A stretch of 61,064 bases of DNA, filler included, from Sphacelaria rigidula (taxonomy: Eukaryota), in NCBI GenBank assembly GCA_964200075.2. It is 6 parts of 6 records of this genome, joined end to end, with 100 filler letters (N's around TTAATTAATTAA, not from the genome) between each part and the next. Parts side by side here need not be neighbours in the genome. Positions count along the whole stretch, not along the records: positions 20,391 to 30,484 come from CAXNAA020007159.1; positions 30,585 to 40,678 come from CAXNAA020007160.1; 4 more parts are not named here. One strand, 5' to 3'. Each line of letters begins with the position of its first letter. The stretch's first letter is position 1. The notes under the pieces were generated by a model. The model saw only the letters and a program-made list of their open reading frames with translations. It had not been told where the DNA came from and ran no database searches. The translations under genes were made by a program, and so were the position numbers. Shown in pieces: positions 23,896-36,599 of this stretch.

Positions 23896-25636
23896 ATATT
23901 TTGTCCAGGGGTGTGGAACATTTCAACGTACAGGGGTGACGTCGGGAATATAACGAGAATTGCAACTGATAACAGGCTACATCTATTTGCGGATAAAACG
24001 CGTTCAAACAAGAGCCAAATCTAGTCCATGGATCATCCGTAACGCACGCACATCAGTCAAATGCAAAGGGGGCAAGCACCCGTGAGCGAAACATGACTAT
24101 CATGCACCACCCTCGACTGAGCGCATCTGATGAAAAATCGTCATGTGACGGCAACAACCCCAGACGTTAACGCCCGAAACAATTCCCGGACAAACCGACA
24201 TCGTGCAACGACGGACCACGTCGTGGCTTCGGGAGTGGGAGGATTCAGCAGTCACATGCATGCTCAATTATCGTGGCCTTCTGGCCCGAGACAACAATTG
24301 GGGTCCCGATCCGGTTCACTACTCTCCGACCTACCTACCCATCCCCGTGGACGGAGAGAAATAAGCGCTCCCTGACGTACAAAAAAAAATGGAGAAGCGA
24401 GTACTGTGGTCGAAATAGGAAATTTCAAACAGCCTTCAGAGTCGAAGTTGCGGTTGCGGCATGCTCAGAGATCGCAATCCGATCTCTAGACGACTCAACC
24501 ACACAATTACTCGATGGGGAGGCGCAGCCTGACCTTCAATAGTCAACAAGCGACACACGGACGGATAGATGGTCGCATGAAGCACGGTCGTTTGTACATG
24601 GAACGCTGTCACAACAAAGAATGGCTCTGCTTGACCCAATGGCGGCACGCCAAAACGTAGGTGATACGCAACTCACAGCTGGCACCCCCCAGCCTCAGAT
24701 TTTACCGTCGGTGAACACGACACACACATACGATAGATACCACCCATACGGACGCAGCCCGTAAGACATCCCGCTTCGCCGATTACGGCATGGGGGGATG
24801 GTCAGTCAACATGCTGCTTCCATTTGCTTTAGGCTGTTTTTCAGGACGATAAGATAGGCCCGCAGCCAGCTCGGAGTAAACTGGTATCCCCGACAGTCAC
24901 AACGGACAAGAAAATTCGCGAAAGAATGTCACAACGCCTCTCCTCTGTCCTACATGAGCGGAGAGAGATATGGCCTTGAGATGAAAGCGCGTCACTCGGC
25001 ATACAATAGTAGAACATGACGCATGAGGACGAGGACTGTGTAGAAGATCCACCGCATTGTCAAAGAAGCTCAGCTATATTCGTCCATGCCTCATGTCTGT
25101 GCTAACTATCCTCGGGCATGCCATCATCAATAAACTCAGACTGCAGACAGCATTTTTGATTGATGAGGGCTCGAGAAGAGCATGGTTGTATTTAAATCTC
25201 CCCACGGTTGAGGCGGGAAGTCTTACTTGCATCCGAAAAAAATCTCCGCGCACCGTGCCTCGCCTATTGGCCCCACTTACTGCCCTCACTAGATGAAGCG
25301 AACTTCTCTGCGCTCTCTGTACTGCAGACTTCCCTCGCAGAAACCGAGGCATGCTATATCCATCTTGTGGTCGCCTGTGACCTTCCCTCCCAAAGCACGC
25401 GGCAAAATTGAGTAGTTGGCGGCATTTTTGTAAGGAGCTCGGAGCGGAGACAAATGTCCGCAATTCTCAACGAAATACAATTTTCGCGAACTTTATGGTA
25501 TTTCGTCATTCCAAACCGCGACTGGCATGCGCGGACGAATACGCGGTTAGCGCGCCGCGCCCTGAACAGGCAGAGCACACCGCAAGTCCTGTTGGGTCGA
25601 GCGAATTTAAAACCTCGCCGAAATCGGAATATCCGA

Positions 25637-25669
<33 letters not shown>
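25637..25669. repeat. (CTA)n microsatellite
   Basis: About 11 tandem CTA units. Confidence 0.95.
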
Positions 25670-25670
<1 letters not shown>

Positions 25671-26095
25671 TGGATTCATTTACACACAAGTCGGCAAGAA
25701 CCTATACCATGCGTTTATCCGACGTGACACGTACCCGCCAACAGGGAAGCAAGCAGGCTTCTGCGAGTCCCATCAAAACGACGTAGCATCAACCTCATGT
25801 GGGATAATATACAAGCCAACGACTACCGTACAGACAGTAGTATACTGAAGGTACTACAGTTCTCCTCAGTTACACTCGGTTCAATATAAGGCGTCGAGGC
25901 GGCACCCAGCAGACGTATGGATAACTGAGAGCTACAATTGTACTGTGTAGATACTGCAGCAATACCGTACGAAAGACCGTACAGTCAGTACGCACACCTG
26001 TAACCCATAGATACGACACGAATAGCACTACCGTCCCAACCGTACTGTAGAAGAGTACACACACAAGCAGCTGTCCACGTGAACGAAACACTCAC

Positions 26096-26308
26096 CAACA
26101 GAAAAACCGTCTCCGGCGTATCCTCGTTTTGTAACTCCTCCGTGAAGTAGTAGGCCAAGTCATCCTTGCGGAGACCGTGGTGTTTTGCGTAGTGCCGAAA
26201 AAGCGACGAAAACCGCTGGTTCTTCAGCATGAGACAACTGTAGGGCGTCCCCGCTCTAACTCGAATAACCGACCGCTCAGACCCCTCAAGTATCAGGTCT
26301 TCCGCCGG
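26096..26308 (-). CDS. SUMO-like (Rad60-SLD type) domain protein, exon 2
   Basis: Pyrimidine tract and cag|PAEDLILEG...CLMLKNQRFSSLFRHYAKHHGLRKDDLAYYFTEELQNEDTPETVFLL|gtgag; 213 nt, phase 0; SUMO-like pattern (F..Y...G....L.Y.F...L...DTP). Confidence 0.85.
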
Positions 26309-27539
26309 CTGTGTGAAAATAGAAAATATGGGGAATAGAGAGAGTGTACGACCAGTATAGTAAAATGGGTACAAGAGGACCTTGGAAAAAAGTGGTTCAT
26401 TGTACAGGGCAATATTCCGGGTATGCGAGAGACAGTTTGGTCCAATGTAGAGCGATATGTGGGAGGACGAGACAAACAAAGTGGAACGTGGCCTTGTTCT
26501 TCTACAGCCGCGACGTGAAAGCTTTGAAGAAGGCACCCGACATGCCATTTAATCAGAACATAACAATACTGCTGACGGTGCCGTGACTACGGCGACAAGA
26601 CCTCCTCCAAACGACACTGCCTAGGTGGTCTGATACCACAGGTGCCACCGTACCGTGGTTGTCACACCAGGGGGGTACAGCAATTACTCTTTGCTGTTTC
26701 ATGTGCTGTACCTCGAGCTGTACACACTTCACAGGCACAGGTTTGTGAGGGTGTGCTGGAGAGGAGGGCGCAGCAGTACGCTAGGAGTGATTTTCCGAGA
26801 TAAGTTGATATCAAACGAGCTCGACCAACGGGCACAATCAGGAACTATATGAAAAAATAAGTCCAGGAAGCGTGGGTGTTCATTTCCGCGCGTTACCATG
26901 TGTATCCAGTGCCATGTACATGCGGCCATTTCTGTAGTGTAGCTCTCTTGACTCAACGATATCATCCTCGGAGGGTACAACACATGCGTGGATTCCGACA
27001 GCATTATATAGAATTCAACTACAAACCGGGGTATTATATGGGATTCAGTATGCACCAAACCTGTTGTAGAGGTTTTTTCTTTCGTATTTCACGTTGCCCC
27101 CTCATTTTTCTGCCCTGTCCTTTTCTCCGATTGTTTTAGTAACTATTTATGTTGATGATGTGGCTTCTTCGCTAACGCTCGCATATCACCAAGACCCGAG
27201 AAAATGATGTGTTGAATTGGAGCCCCACTGAGAGGTATCAACACATGGACCTGAGAAGCGATGTGAAGAATTCCACCACAATCCCGAGCGAGAATAGGAC
27301 TGGCATTCATTTCAACTGTGTAGTGTGCGTATGGTTTGCCAGGAGAGCGACAAAAAAACGCGGCGACTTCTGGTCGTTTTTCTCGAAACACGGCGTGCTA
27401 TGCACTGAAGAAGACACCACACGGTGTAAATGTGTAACCCCTCCAACCAACACTGCAGATATTTTTGGAGAGACACCACATAGCACAACCCTTTATAATA
27501 ACCATCGAGACAATACGGAAACAACGTAACTAAGCTCAC

Positions 27540-27614
27540 CTTTACAACGAACTCCACGTGCTGGTCTACCGGCCGCGTCGCCCCAGGCGCCGCGTTCGCA
27601 TTCGCTGCTGCCAT
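27540..27614 (-). CDS. SUMO-like domain protein, exon 1 (start codon)
   Basis: ATG at 27614; MAAANANAAPGATRPVDQHVEFVVK|gtgag; 75 nt, phase-compatible with exon 2. Confidence 0.7.
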
Positions 27615-30431
27615 TTCTGTTCAGTATGTATCCCTATGGTGCCACCTCCCCGTTGCTCCACCTATAGTTCTTCCCTTTTTCCCGTCCCTCGCCGAAAACT
27701 TGAAAGCCCTCCCCCCGGCTCTCCGAACCCTTCCCCCTCCTTGCTGTCGATGCGTTCCCTTTGATAGTATTACAGTAACTTTGAGCTGTGATGCAGCAGA
27801 TTGTAGACCTGTAAGTGCAGATGCCTGTTGCCAACGTACGCTATTGTACCGTGTGTCTAGTGAACGCTCCTTCAGAAGGTAATGTTCGTAGTTGGGGGGA
27901 AAGGGGTGTGCGGCTCAGTGGTTCACTGAAACCAAGATAATATTAAATATCTTGAAAATACTACAGCCCTCAAAGTATAGGGGAAATAGAGACACGGTTG
28001 TAACTGTCAGTTCTAAGATGTAACCGTCAATTTTGCTCCGCAAAAATAAAACGCGGCGTTTTCCATTTTGTGAACATTAGATTTTGCCTTGCGTTTTCCT
28101 CGTGGAGGTACATACATGGTACACCGACTCTACTGTTGTACTGCATAGGTCTCCCGTTCGTGCATATTGCCTTGTTTACGATTCAGTTATATGAGTAGTG
28201 AGTCGATGGCGGTGTCGATGACCACGAGTGTCTCAGTGGACACCAGCAAGAGAAATGTGAGCATCATGTTGCGTCAAAGATCAACCGGCCGGCAGTGTGT
28301 GTTCGGAGCGCCATATGATCAGTTCGGGTCACCCGCACCTATCCGCCGAATCCGCTCCAAGAACGAACTGGAACCAAGCGTTGTGGCGCATTTTGATGTA
28401 AGGGGCACAAGCATATCTCGGGATGGTGGGTAGAATAGTAGTTGCTCTATAGGGTATCACAGTTATTCGATTGACGGCCTGCGACACCTGCCTTTCGTTC
28501 GTGCAGATACGAAGATTACAGCCAGTGCACGAACCATAGATGAAGCGTTAGGTGCACTGTTCGGCCACGTGACAATGCCTTGGGGGGTATACTTTGCCAT
28601 CGTAAGGATGCATATGTAGAGATTGGGGTAGGTTGGTCTCGTGTTTGCCTTGTATGTGGCGACCATGCTGTTTAGTCGCCGTCTTGCCGTTTTGCTACAG
28701 CAAGCATATAGTGTAGGGGTACCTGAGTGGGGGTCAGATAGGCAAGGTGCTCGGTCAACGACCGACGCATGAGCAGCAGTACCGCAGTCGGTTGAGTGTC
28801 ACCGAGTGATGCGGCGGGACAAGAAACAGCAGCAGGCATCAATGCAATGAACACTGTGTATACAGCGTACACATCTTTCGCTGATTCCTGTTTCATCCTC
28901 GGAGTTGCGAAACCCCACTAATGGCCAAGCGGTTCGTTTATCCCCCACCGACTGCGTGGGCACCCGAACAACCACGTGACCCCGATAACCATACCAGTCG
29001 GTGTGTTTCTCCTACAGTACCTAGACACGTGCGAGTATATCGGTTACTTTCCAATGGAGCGAACGGCTCCCGGAACTCACTCGACATTCCATTGTTGTGA
29101 GGTTGTCCCATTGGGCTGAAAAAAAACTGCCAAGAGCCAAGCAAGCGTCCAAAGGCAACATGTTGATTGGACATCCCGCCTCATGATGTCGCGGCGACCA
29201 ATAATCAACATGATGACTTTGAAAGCTTGATTACCTCTCGGCTGTTTTTTTTTCATGCCGTGAAGATGGGCCTCAAACCCTGAGATCGCTCGTGCGATGC
29301 ACTCTTTTCCCCCATAACCCAGCCAATTTCGTGAACAAACGTCCAATTTGTCTCCATCCATTAGTTTGTAACACTGAAGCCGAACAACAGGATCGTGTTA
29401 CACGAGGTAACAAAACGCAAATGAACAAAAACATATTACTAGTATTACTTTTTGAGTGTTCAAGTTTCGGGGGAAATCTCTCTTACGAGAAAAACAATAA
29501 CCAAACGTTCGTGTCGCAATTCGGTAACATGAAAAAAGTCGATCCTCCCTACACCAAACCCACAAGTGGTTGTCGCATCTGCTAAGTGCACATCATGCTT
29601 GATCATTTGAGAATGAAATATTGTCGTTGCGGTTGCCAATCTTTTCGAGTTCACAAGTACTACTATTGTATCCATGAACACACATGTAACAATTTATCAA
29701 TCAAAACATGCGCCCATCCCACTAGCATGGCAGTCAGGGCAACAAACAACGCATGACAGGACACAACAGAGTCGAGAGAAAGATGATCAAGCCAGGGGTC
29801 TGTCGAAAAGACATTTCGGGAAACGTAGGCCCCAAGATCGAAAATTCGAGTTTTTGAAGGGAGGAGGGGGGAGGGTCGGGGGAGGGGGACACCCAGCCTG
29901 ATGTCCCCCAGTTTATAGCCGAGGCATTGATGCGGTCAGCTGCCGTGTACAGAGATCCTTGGTATGGAGACCGCTGAGATGGCGGACACGCCGCCCCCCC
30001 CAAGCTCATCACTGACCATGATTACATGTATAGGATCATGTTCCGTGTCGTGTGCCTCGGGTATTTACCAGTATTCCGAGCAAGTTTGGCGAGGCGTGAG
30101 ATAATGTTGCTACTTTGGCTACAGGCTATCGCTACCGTGCTCTCGTGTGCATACATATGTGTGAGTGTGGCCGGCATCCAAGGTCATCGGGACAGAGCGG
30201 GCGAGAAGCAGAAGCAAATACACAAACCTTGCAAAACAGACCAAACTGTTCGGTTTTTGTCAGTGTTTTTTTTTTACAATATTTGGGAAGGAAAGGGATG
30301 CCAGTTTTCGGAAAATTGCCCTCCGGCAGGGGGGGGCAACGTGTACAAAATCTTCTCCCGACAAACCCCCGCGCAAGCTTACGAAAAATGAGAGCCGCGC
30401 TCATCGCACTGCATCCCCCCCCCCCCCCACC

Positions 30432-30470
<39 letters not shown>

Positions 30471-30484
30471 ACCACCCACCCCCC

Positions 30485-30584
30485 NNNNNNNNNNNNNNNN
30501 NNNNNNNNNNNNNNNNNNNNNNNNNNNNTTAATTAATTAANNNNNNNNNNNNNNNNNNNNNNNNNNNNNNNNNNNNNNNNNNNN
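30485..30584. other. Artificial contig linker
   Basis: N run with TTAATTAATTAA. Confidence 0.99.
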
Positions 30585-30646
30585 GACATCTACCGAAAGG
30601 GGTAGACTGGCGCCCAGAATAAATGGGACGACAACACAACACACAC
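30585..30646 (+). mobile_element. 3' tail of the tRNA-derived SINE family
   Basis: TACCGAAAGGGGTAGACTGGCGCCCAGAATAAATGGGACGACAACACAAC matches about 60096-60160 and 48770-48816. Confidence 0.8.
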
Positions 30647-31622
30647 CTGAAAAAGTCACTGGGTGACCCTGATTTGCGGCGCTGGCGGTCAGAGGGTTAA
30701 TATTCCGACGAGGTAGTCGTTGGACGTATAATCCGAAAGCAAACAAACGCCGAATCACGACGGATCAATATCCTACACTCGAAATGCACTATATTATGTG
30801 GGGCAGGTAACCATAACCTGCTCAACGTGTAGCAGCGCATCGATGAGAGGAATATTCTTGTTTCTTCCTCACTTCTTCTCTTTTTATTGGCAGTTCAACA
30901 AAACGGAACGTTCTTATTGGTATTCAATGTTTCGCCCACTAAACTAAAAGAACACGCGAAAACAACCGTCTTCCGATGAAAAGCTGACCCTCGATCGAGT
31001 GTCATACTACTCTCCCACGAAAATCTTGTTTTTTGTCGTCTCTGGGGGCAAAGAAAACAAAACGTGTTTCGTGTGTATTTACAAAATATTGTCACTGCAG
31101 GAAAGTTGATTCGTCGTAGAGTACGCATGTCATACTTGATCTCCTCACTTGATTTGCTGATCCTCGTGATCCAATGTTTTAGACTACGAAAAAATGCAGC
31201 AACGTGAGTGCCTGCATTTCAAATATGTTCTTGTTCCTTCTTTCTTCGTTGACGTCATGACCATAACTCACCAAGCAATGTCGAGAGCACTCTGCCGCCC
31301 TCACGGATTTCGATAGCTGAGAAGATAGATTTTTGGCCGAATGAAGGTGTGCTGTGTATTTTGCCTCGAGGATGAGATTGCAACGGAGCGGAGCTTATAT
31401 CCCAAAGTTTGCAAAATCATACAGGTGCCGCATTCTCAATCTTCACACTGTGTCACATTTGCGCCTCCCCCGCGGAGCACATGGCCATGTCCATTCATGT
31501 GCGTACTGCCGTTGAGTGTCCACAATGCTTCGCCCAGGTGGGCTGTGTGGGCATGCCGGACGAGCCTGGGCGGCGCAGCGAAGAGTGTCGCCATGGCGTG
31601 TGTATGTGTGTGTGAGAGAGAC

Positions 31623-31626
<4 letters not shown>

Positions 31627-31684
<58 letters not shown>
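31627..31684. repeat. (AGAC)n microsatellite
   Basis: About 14 tandem AGAC units. Confidence 0.95.
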
Positions 31685-31685
<1 letters not shown>

Positions 31686-31740
31686 GTGTGTGTGTGGTGT
31701 CGGTTGGGCGGCGAAAACCTTCGCCCTTCCGTCGACACAG

Positions 31741-32293
31741 GTGACAGCAGCTGCCACTGCAGAAAACAACCACGTGCTTAGTCGGGGATCTTGTAAGTAA
31801 ACATTTGGCCATGATCAATTCACTGGATGGCGAGCAAGATACACGTACTCCATATAGCGAGAACGGGGAAAGTGGCACGTAATTTCCCCATCTGTGGAAA
31901 CAAATCCTCATCAGCCAGAGGACCGCGATTGGTCGAAAATTCATCCGCTTCAAGGACCGTGGATGACGTCACCCATCGACTGGGTATTTCTGGTCAATCG
32001 GATACCCGCGACAGGTTTTTTGGTCAATAGGAACGACCGCGTGCCACTTTCTCTTTCCTCCTAGTGTGTGTGCAACTTTGAAACCGGGCGCAAGCTCACC
32101 GTGCTATGCACGAGCGGAGATGAGTGTAACGGTGCACGCTCTGAAGTCAAGCTCTCAGTGAGGGGGGTTACAACAGCACACGGTATTTCTTCAAAGATCA
32201 GGTGTTTTCTCGTCATTATTCACACGCGTCTGCTCGCCAGTGTCACGAGTGCTGATCAGGGGCGACCGCAGACACCAACTTGACCCGGAATAA
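31741..32293 (+). CDS. Possible last two exons (31741-31792, 32241-32293) of an unidentified gene convergent with miaB
   Basis: cag|...|gtaagt and ccag|...TAA with compatible phases, giving VTAAATAENNHVLSRGSLSRVLIRGDRRHQLDPE*. No recognisable homology. Confidence 0.25.
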
Positions 32294-32380
32294 CAAGAAC
32301 ACCAAGTCATCCCCTTTAATGCACTCATCAGAAGAACACCAAAACAGCAGAACCTAGCTATCACACGGGTAGTAGATCAA

Positions 32381-32521
32381 TCAGTATGGCTCCCCCTGGC
32401 GAACTCCCGTCAAGCTCCATGGCCGGCACTCGGTAATTTTGGCTTTCACCAGCTTTCCCCTGAGCTCGCTAATATCGCCGTCGAGGAAGACTGGCCGGTT
32501 TGTTCGTGTTCGACCCATCAC
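32381..32521 (-). CDS. miaB: tRNA-2-methylthio-N6-dimethylallyladenosine synthase MiaB, last exon (TRAM domain)
   Basis: cag|[46 protein letters not shown]. Confidence 0.93.
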   Translation of the reverse strand: MMGRTRTNRPVFLDGDISELRGKLVKAKITECRPWSLTGVRQGEPY

Positions 32522-33512
32522 CTGTTCGGCAAGCAGTTTTGGTCGCACACGTTAATAATAAGAAAAAAAAACAGCACGTAAAGAAGTCAAAACGATCGTA
32601 AAAACCGCCGTAGTACCAAATTCAGGTTGGAAGTTTTCGGAAGTGTAACGAGCAGAAAGAGGCTCACGAACCGGGCTCATCTACTGAGCCCTCACCACAT
32701 TTGTATATACAAATACATGATGTAATATACCACATCACATTTCGGGTAAGGCTGAGAAATAGGAATTGAGCTTGGATCCACAACAAAATCAATGTTCCTC
32801 ACCACAAGCGGGCAGTTTCTGTAGGTTTGCCACTCTTTTGAATACACCTTGAAATATTGCCGTGGCAAAAAGAGCGGTGTGCTGTGAGTTCGCTGGGTAC
32901 TGCAGCAGTTCAGCAACGTCTACTGATTGTCCCGCACTGACCGATCTCCGAAGGTCCTAGCCTTGGCCACAAGATGATGAACGTACCCGAGGTAAACATA
33001 ACTGAGACACTCGCCGAAGACAATTGAAGAAAGAACATTAAAGACACAGAATTGGAGAAGGACGAAATACCCCCGCAGCAAAATCCCTGCTTGCGCTCAT
33101 GTTCGCTGTACCCGGACACCACTTACGACCAACCGTGATCGTACAACGACAAACGCAAGTCCACAAAACACGAAACCTTGCACGACTGCTTCGTGTAGAG
33201 AGAGAGAGAGAGTTGCATTCTTTTAGGCACAACACTGGGACGACCCTGAAGAGCAACAAAAAAAAAAGATTTTGCGAGAGAGGCGTTGCTTGAATCAATC
33301 TGAAAATTTTCGCCGACCAACAAACCAACGAACGTGCCCTGCTGTATGTTTGATGTGTAGGGTACCATGGCTTTTACAATCTCAACGGCCGAGACCGGTG
33401 TCTTGAATGATCCAGTAGACGTTTTACACAGAATAGATTCGTGATGGCCTCTTCGCACACACTGCGGCCAAGAGACGATTCTCAGATCGGCTCTCCGGAA
33501 CGATTCCCGCAC

Positions 33513-33653
33513 CTGCGCTGCGTTCTTGGGATTCCTTTCCTCGACCAGCACCTCCTCCACCCTACCCATGTACCGCTCGCTGCGCTCTTGAGCGTGTGCG
33601 CAACCCAATCGCATAACCCTCTGCAATCGGTCGGCCTTCACATCCTCCGGCAC
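33513..33653 (-). CDS. miaB: MiaB exon
   Basis: tag|[47 protein letters not shown]|gt; 141 nt. Confidence 0.95.
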
Positions 33654-34428
33654 CTAACACGCGCCCCCGGTGAGGGTAAGGGGGTGGTAGCAAATGCAAG
33701 TGGACACAGTCGATCGCCCACAGTTGAAAAGACTCCGCGGCCAAGACGTGAAGTTTCGAGAGCTGTGCGAAAATGTATCAACCACGTATACAGGCGAACT
33801 AACTCCATAGACGGACTGGCGGAGATAGGGGTAAGAAAAACAAAAGAAAACGAGACTCCCTGATTGATCTTTTTTTTGTAAACCTTGAAGAGAACCCGAC
33901 ACAACGGGTACGAGAGAAGGTCAGTTTGTATCACGCCCGGAACAATCGCTGGACATGCTTACCAAAACTTCCAGTCCCACAGACAAGTGTTGCCTCTGTA
34001 CAACATCGTAGTGCCGACCGTGTTACTTTATCCGCATGATGCGTCGACGGCAGAGAAAATGCTCAGAAGCTGAAAGGACTGTAATTTCTGGGAGGGGCAA
34101 CGGGGTACGAAAAGACGAAATTAAGATAACAGCACTGACGTCCAAAAGCGACCAAATGGTCATCGATCGGAGTGTGTGAAATGACTGAAAGAAAACAAGA
34201 ATCCAGAAAAGGTTTACACGGTACCGAGAACCCTTCACCCCGGCTCTCTCAAATCACGGGATGACTCCAGTAGTCGACCAAGAGTTTTTGCCCACTAGGA
34301 GGAAAAGGGGGATGGGGGGGGGCATACTCACTCGTCGCTTGCTTGAGTCATTTGACCGTTGATCACACATTATCTTCGGAACGAAGCATTATTAATTGGA
34401 GAAGGGGAGGGGGGGGGCTTATATTCAC

Positions 34429-34474
34429 CTGATCTGTCCACAACGCCGCCTCCGTATTTGGCCGCGGGGAGTAG
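34429..34474 (-). CDS. miaB: MiaB exon
   Basis: cag|(S)[15 protein letters not shown]|gtga; 46 nt, bridges phase 2 to phase 0; YSPRP methylthiotransferase motif. Confidence 0.95.
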
Positions 34475-34715
34475 CTGCCAAAGTGAAGACCAAAGGAGGT
34501 ACGACGGAAAGAGGAACAAAAAACACATCAAACCAAACTGCACCACGACTTTGCACTGTAGAAATGAGTCATGACCTGGTCTCAGGCCCTCCAGCAAAGC
34601 GAGGCGATCGTGCGGAGGAACATCGGCGCAACGGTCAAGAGGAAAACAAGGTACAGGACAAGACGCAATCACACACACAAAAAAAAAGACAAGCAAAGGA
34701 GAGTAGCCGGCCCAC

Positions 34716-34840
34716 CTGAAAGTGTTGAGGTTGTCGAACTTGACTCTCTCCATGAGGTCAAGCGTGTGCTGGAACTGTTCTTCCGTCTCTCCCGGGAATC
34801 CCACTATTACATCCCCCGTGATGGCGGCGTCGGGGGCAAC
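34716..34840 (-). CDS. miaB: MiaB exon (radical SAM domain C-terminal part)
   Basis: cag|[41 protein letters not shown](S)|gt; IVGFPGET signature. Confidence 0.97.
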
Positions 34841-34911
34841 CTGAGGACAGAAAATAATAAGATAAGATATGTGGACACTTTTCTGCCTTAATTACCCCTT
34901 TCATCGTCACC

Positions 34912-35230
34912 CAGGGTGGGTTATCCGTCGAATCAGCAAATGATCCACCCTGCCGGTCGGAGAGTTTGTTTAGAGGTTTTAATACCGGGCCATTTTATTT
35001 TTCAGATTTTTCTCTTTCCGAAGAATCGGATTTTTTCCCAACTTCTTCCAATACATGATTGCTGGCGAAAAAGAAGCTCAGACAGGAGATTTTCGGAGAA
35101 ATCCGCAGGCAGTCTTGAATTGATCTATCGCCTGACCTGGTCAAGAAATCTTCTCTGACATTTTTTCCGAAGAATGAACTGTTACTTTCGGGTAAAATCG
35201 TAGATTTCGGGGCGGTGAATAGACCCGTTG
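34912..35230. repeat. Dispersed repeat (probable MITE) with a related copy at about 44035-44407
   Basis: Shared CGGAGAAATC(C/T)GCAG...CAGTCTTGAATTGATC...AAGAAA blocks; boundaries approximate. Confidence 0.55.
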
Positions 35231-35750
35231 ATGATACCTCCTTACTGCCAACTTTTTTTATTGTACCACCGGTACAGTGAAGCATGTGGGATACACAGAA
35301 CACACAGGTTCAAAGCTCTCTTCATCATTATAGACCACATGGGAAAAGCAGAGTTTGACGAGAGTCATGACAACTACGGAGGTGAATCAAGAGAAAACCT
35401 TCTGTTGAGTATTGACACAACATGCCACACGGACGGTCACGCCCTGAACAGGTGCCGACACTACACAGGATGCACACAGGATATTTGTCATTGATTTTTC
35501 GACCAGCTCTGGAGTATGTGTGGGTAACATGCACGCGCACGCAAGAAGGGGTGTCAGGCACTGCATGGAACGCCATGTAGACCATAGTGACAAATAGGCC
35601 TTAGAACTGACGATCGTACAGGAAGGGTACACCAACCAGCTGGGGGAAAAACAAGGGAAATTGTTTACAAATCATCAACAAAAGCGGCGAGACAAGAGTG
35701 TGGACATGTTGCTTGTTTTTTTCGTTGAATATTTCACTGCAGATTCATAC

Positions 35751-35819
35751 CTTTTTGATACGGTCGATGATTCGCATGTACGTCTCGACCGTGTACCCTC
35801 TGCGCATGTTTTTCAGCAC
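35751..35819 (-). CDS. miaB: MiaB exon (most 5' exon found; upstream exons not located on this contig)
   Basis: cag|VLKNMRRGYTVETYMRIIDRIKK|gtatg; 69 nt. Confidence 0.93.
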
Positions 35820-35858
35820 CTGCAAACGGAGGACACGGCGGGGGACCGAGGGGGAGAG

Positions 35859-36228
35859 GGGTGTACTCATGACCTTGCATGCCATAGTCATGTGGCCATT
35901 GACCATTGGGTGGGTGGGTGGGGGGGAGCAGGGGTGTACTCATGACCTTACAAGCCATAGTCACATGGTCATTGACCTCGCATCCCTACAAAGCCGGGAC
36001 CGAGCACGCCGGGTTTTCCCCGGACCAGGCTCGCAATCAATCACAAAGCGCGAAGCGCCACGATGTGTCTGGCGAGTCGCATGAACGACGAGCTGCATCC
36101 TGCTGAGATTGTTCGGCCCGCAGCGTACTGATTATCTTGCATTTGGATGGCAGCCTTCAATGAGCTGCTTCATTATCTGGCATCGCCACTTCCAGAGACG
36201 GCCACGGGCTTCACACTGCCTCATGGGT
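35859..36228. repeat. Dispersed ~300-bp repeat; copies also at 41297-41595 and 50972-51015
   Basis: GGGTGTACTCATGA...ATTGACCTCGCATCCCTACAAAGCCG...GCCACTTCCAGAGAC occurs on two contigs and its 3' end on a third; the first ~50 bp are locally duplicated here. Confidence 0.9.
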
Positions 36229-36599
36229 ATCATAGCATTCAACCGTCAGAAAGCGAACACCCCGCAGATGGGCTAAATGGACTACGCCACATTTGGGGTT
36301 CAGAACAGCTCTTTTCTCGCTGCACAAAACGCCGATTTCATGAATGTTCCGCATCTATGTAACAAAGTAGTCCCGGAGAACCCCTGACCGGTTTTGCCCC
36401 TGTGGTCAATCTAGTCCAGATTCAGTATGTGTGCTGTGTATCTTCGCTGGACACACAGCAAGAAAACGTCAGGGTGACATCGCTCTCCACTGAGCACAGT
36501 CTACTGCATGCTGCTGATGTCTCTGCTTAGTTGCCATAACAGCACTACAGACAGCGTAAAGCTATGCTGGCAATGCATGAGGATCAGGCAGGCGGAATA

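Noticed and set aside
25074-25288. Further exon of the SUMO-like gene
   Set aside because: The acceptor phase is incompatible with exon 2 (it would start with TGA); the exon at 22589-22657 fits instead.
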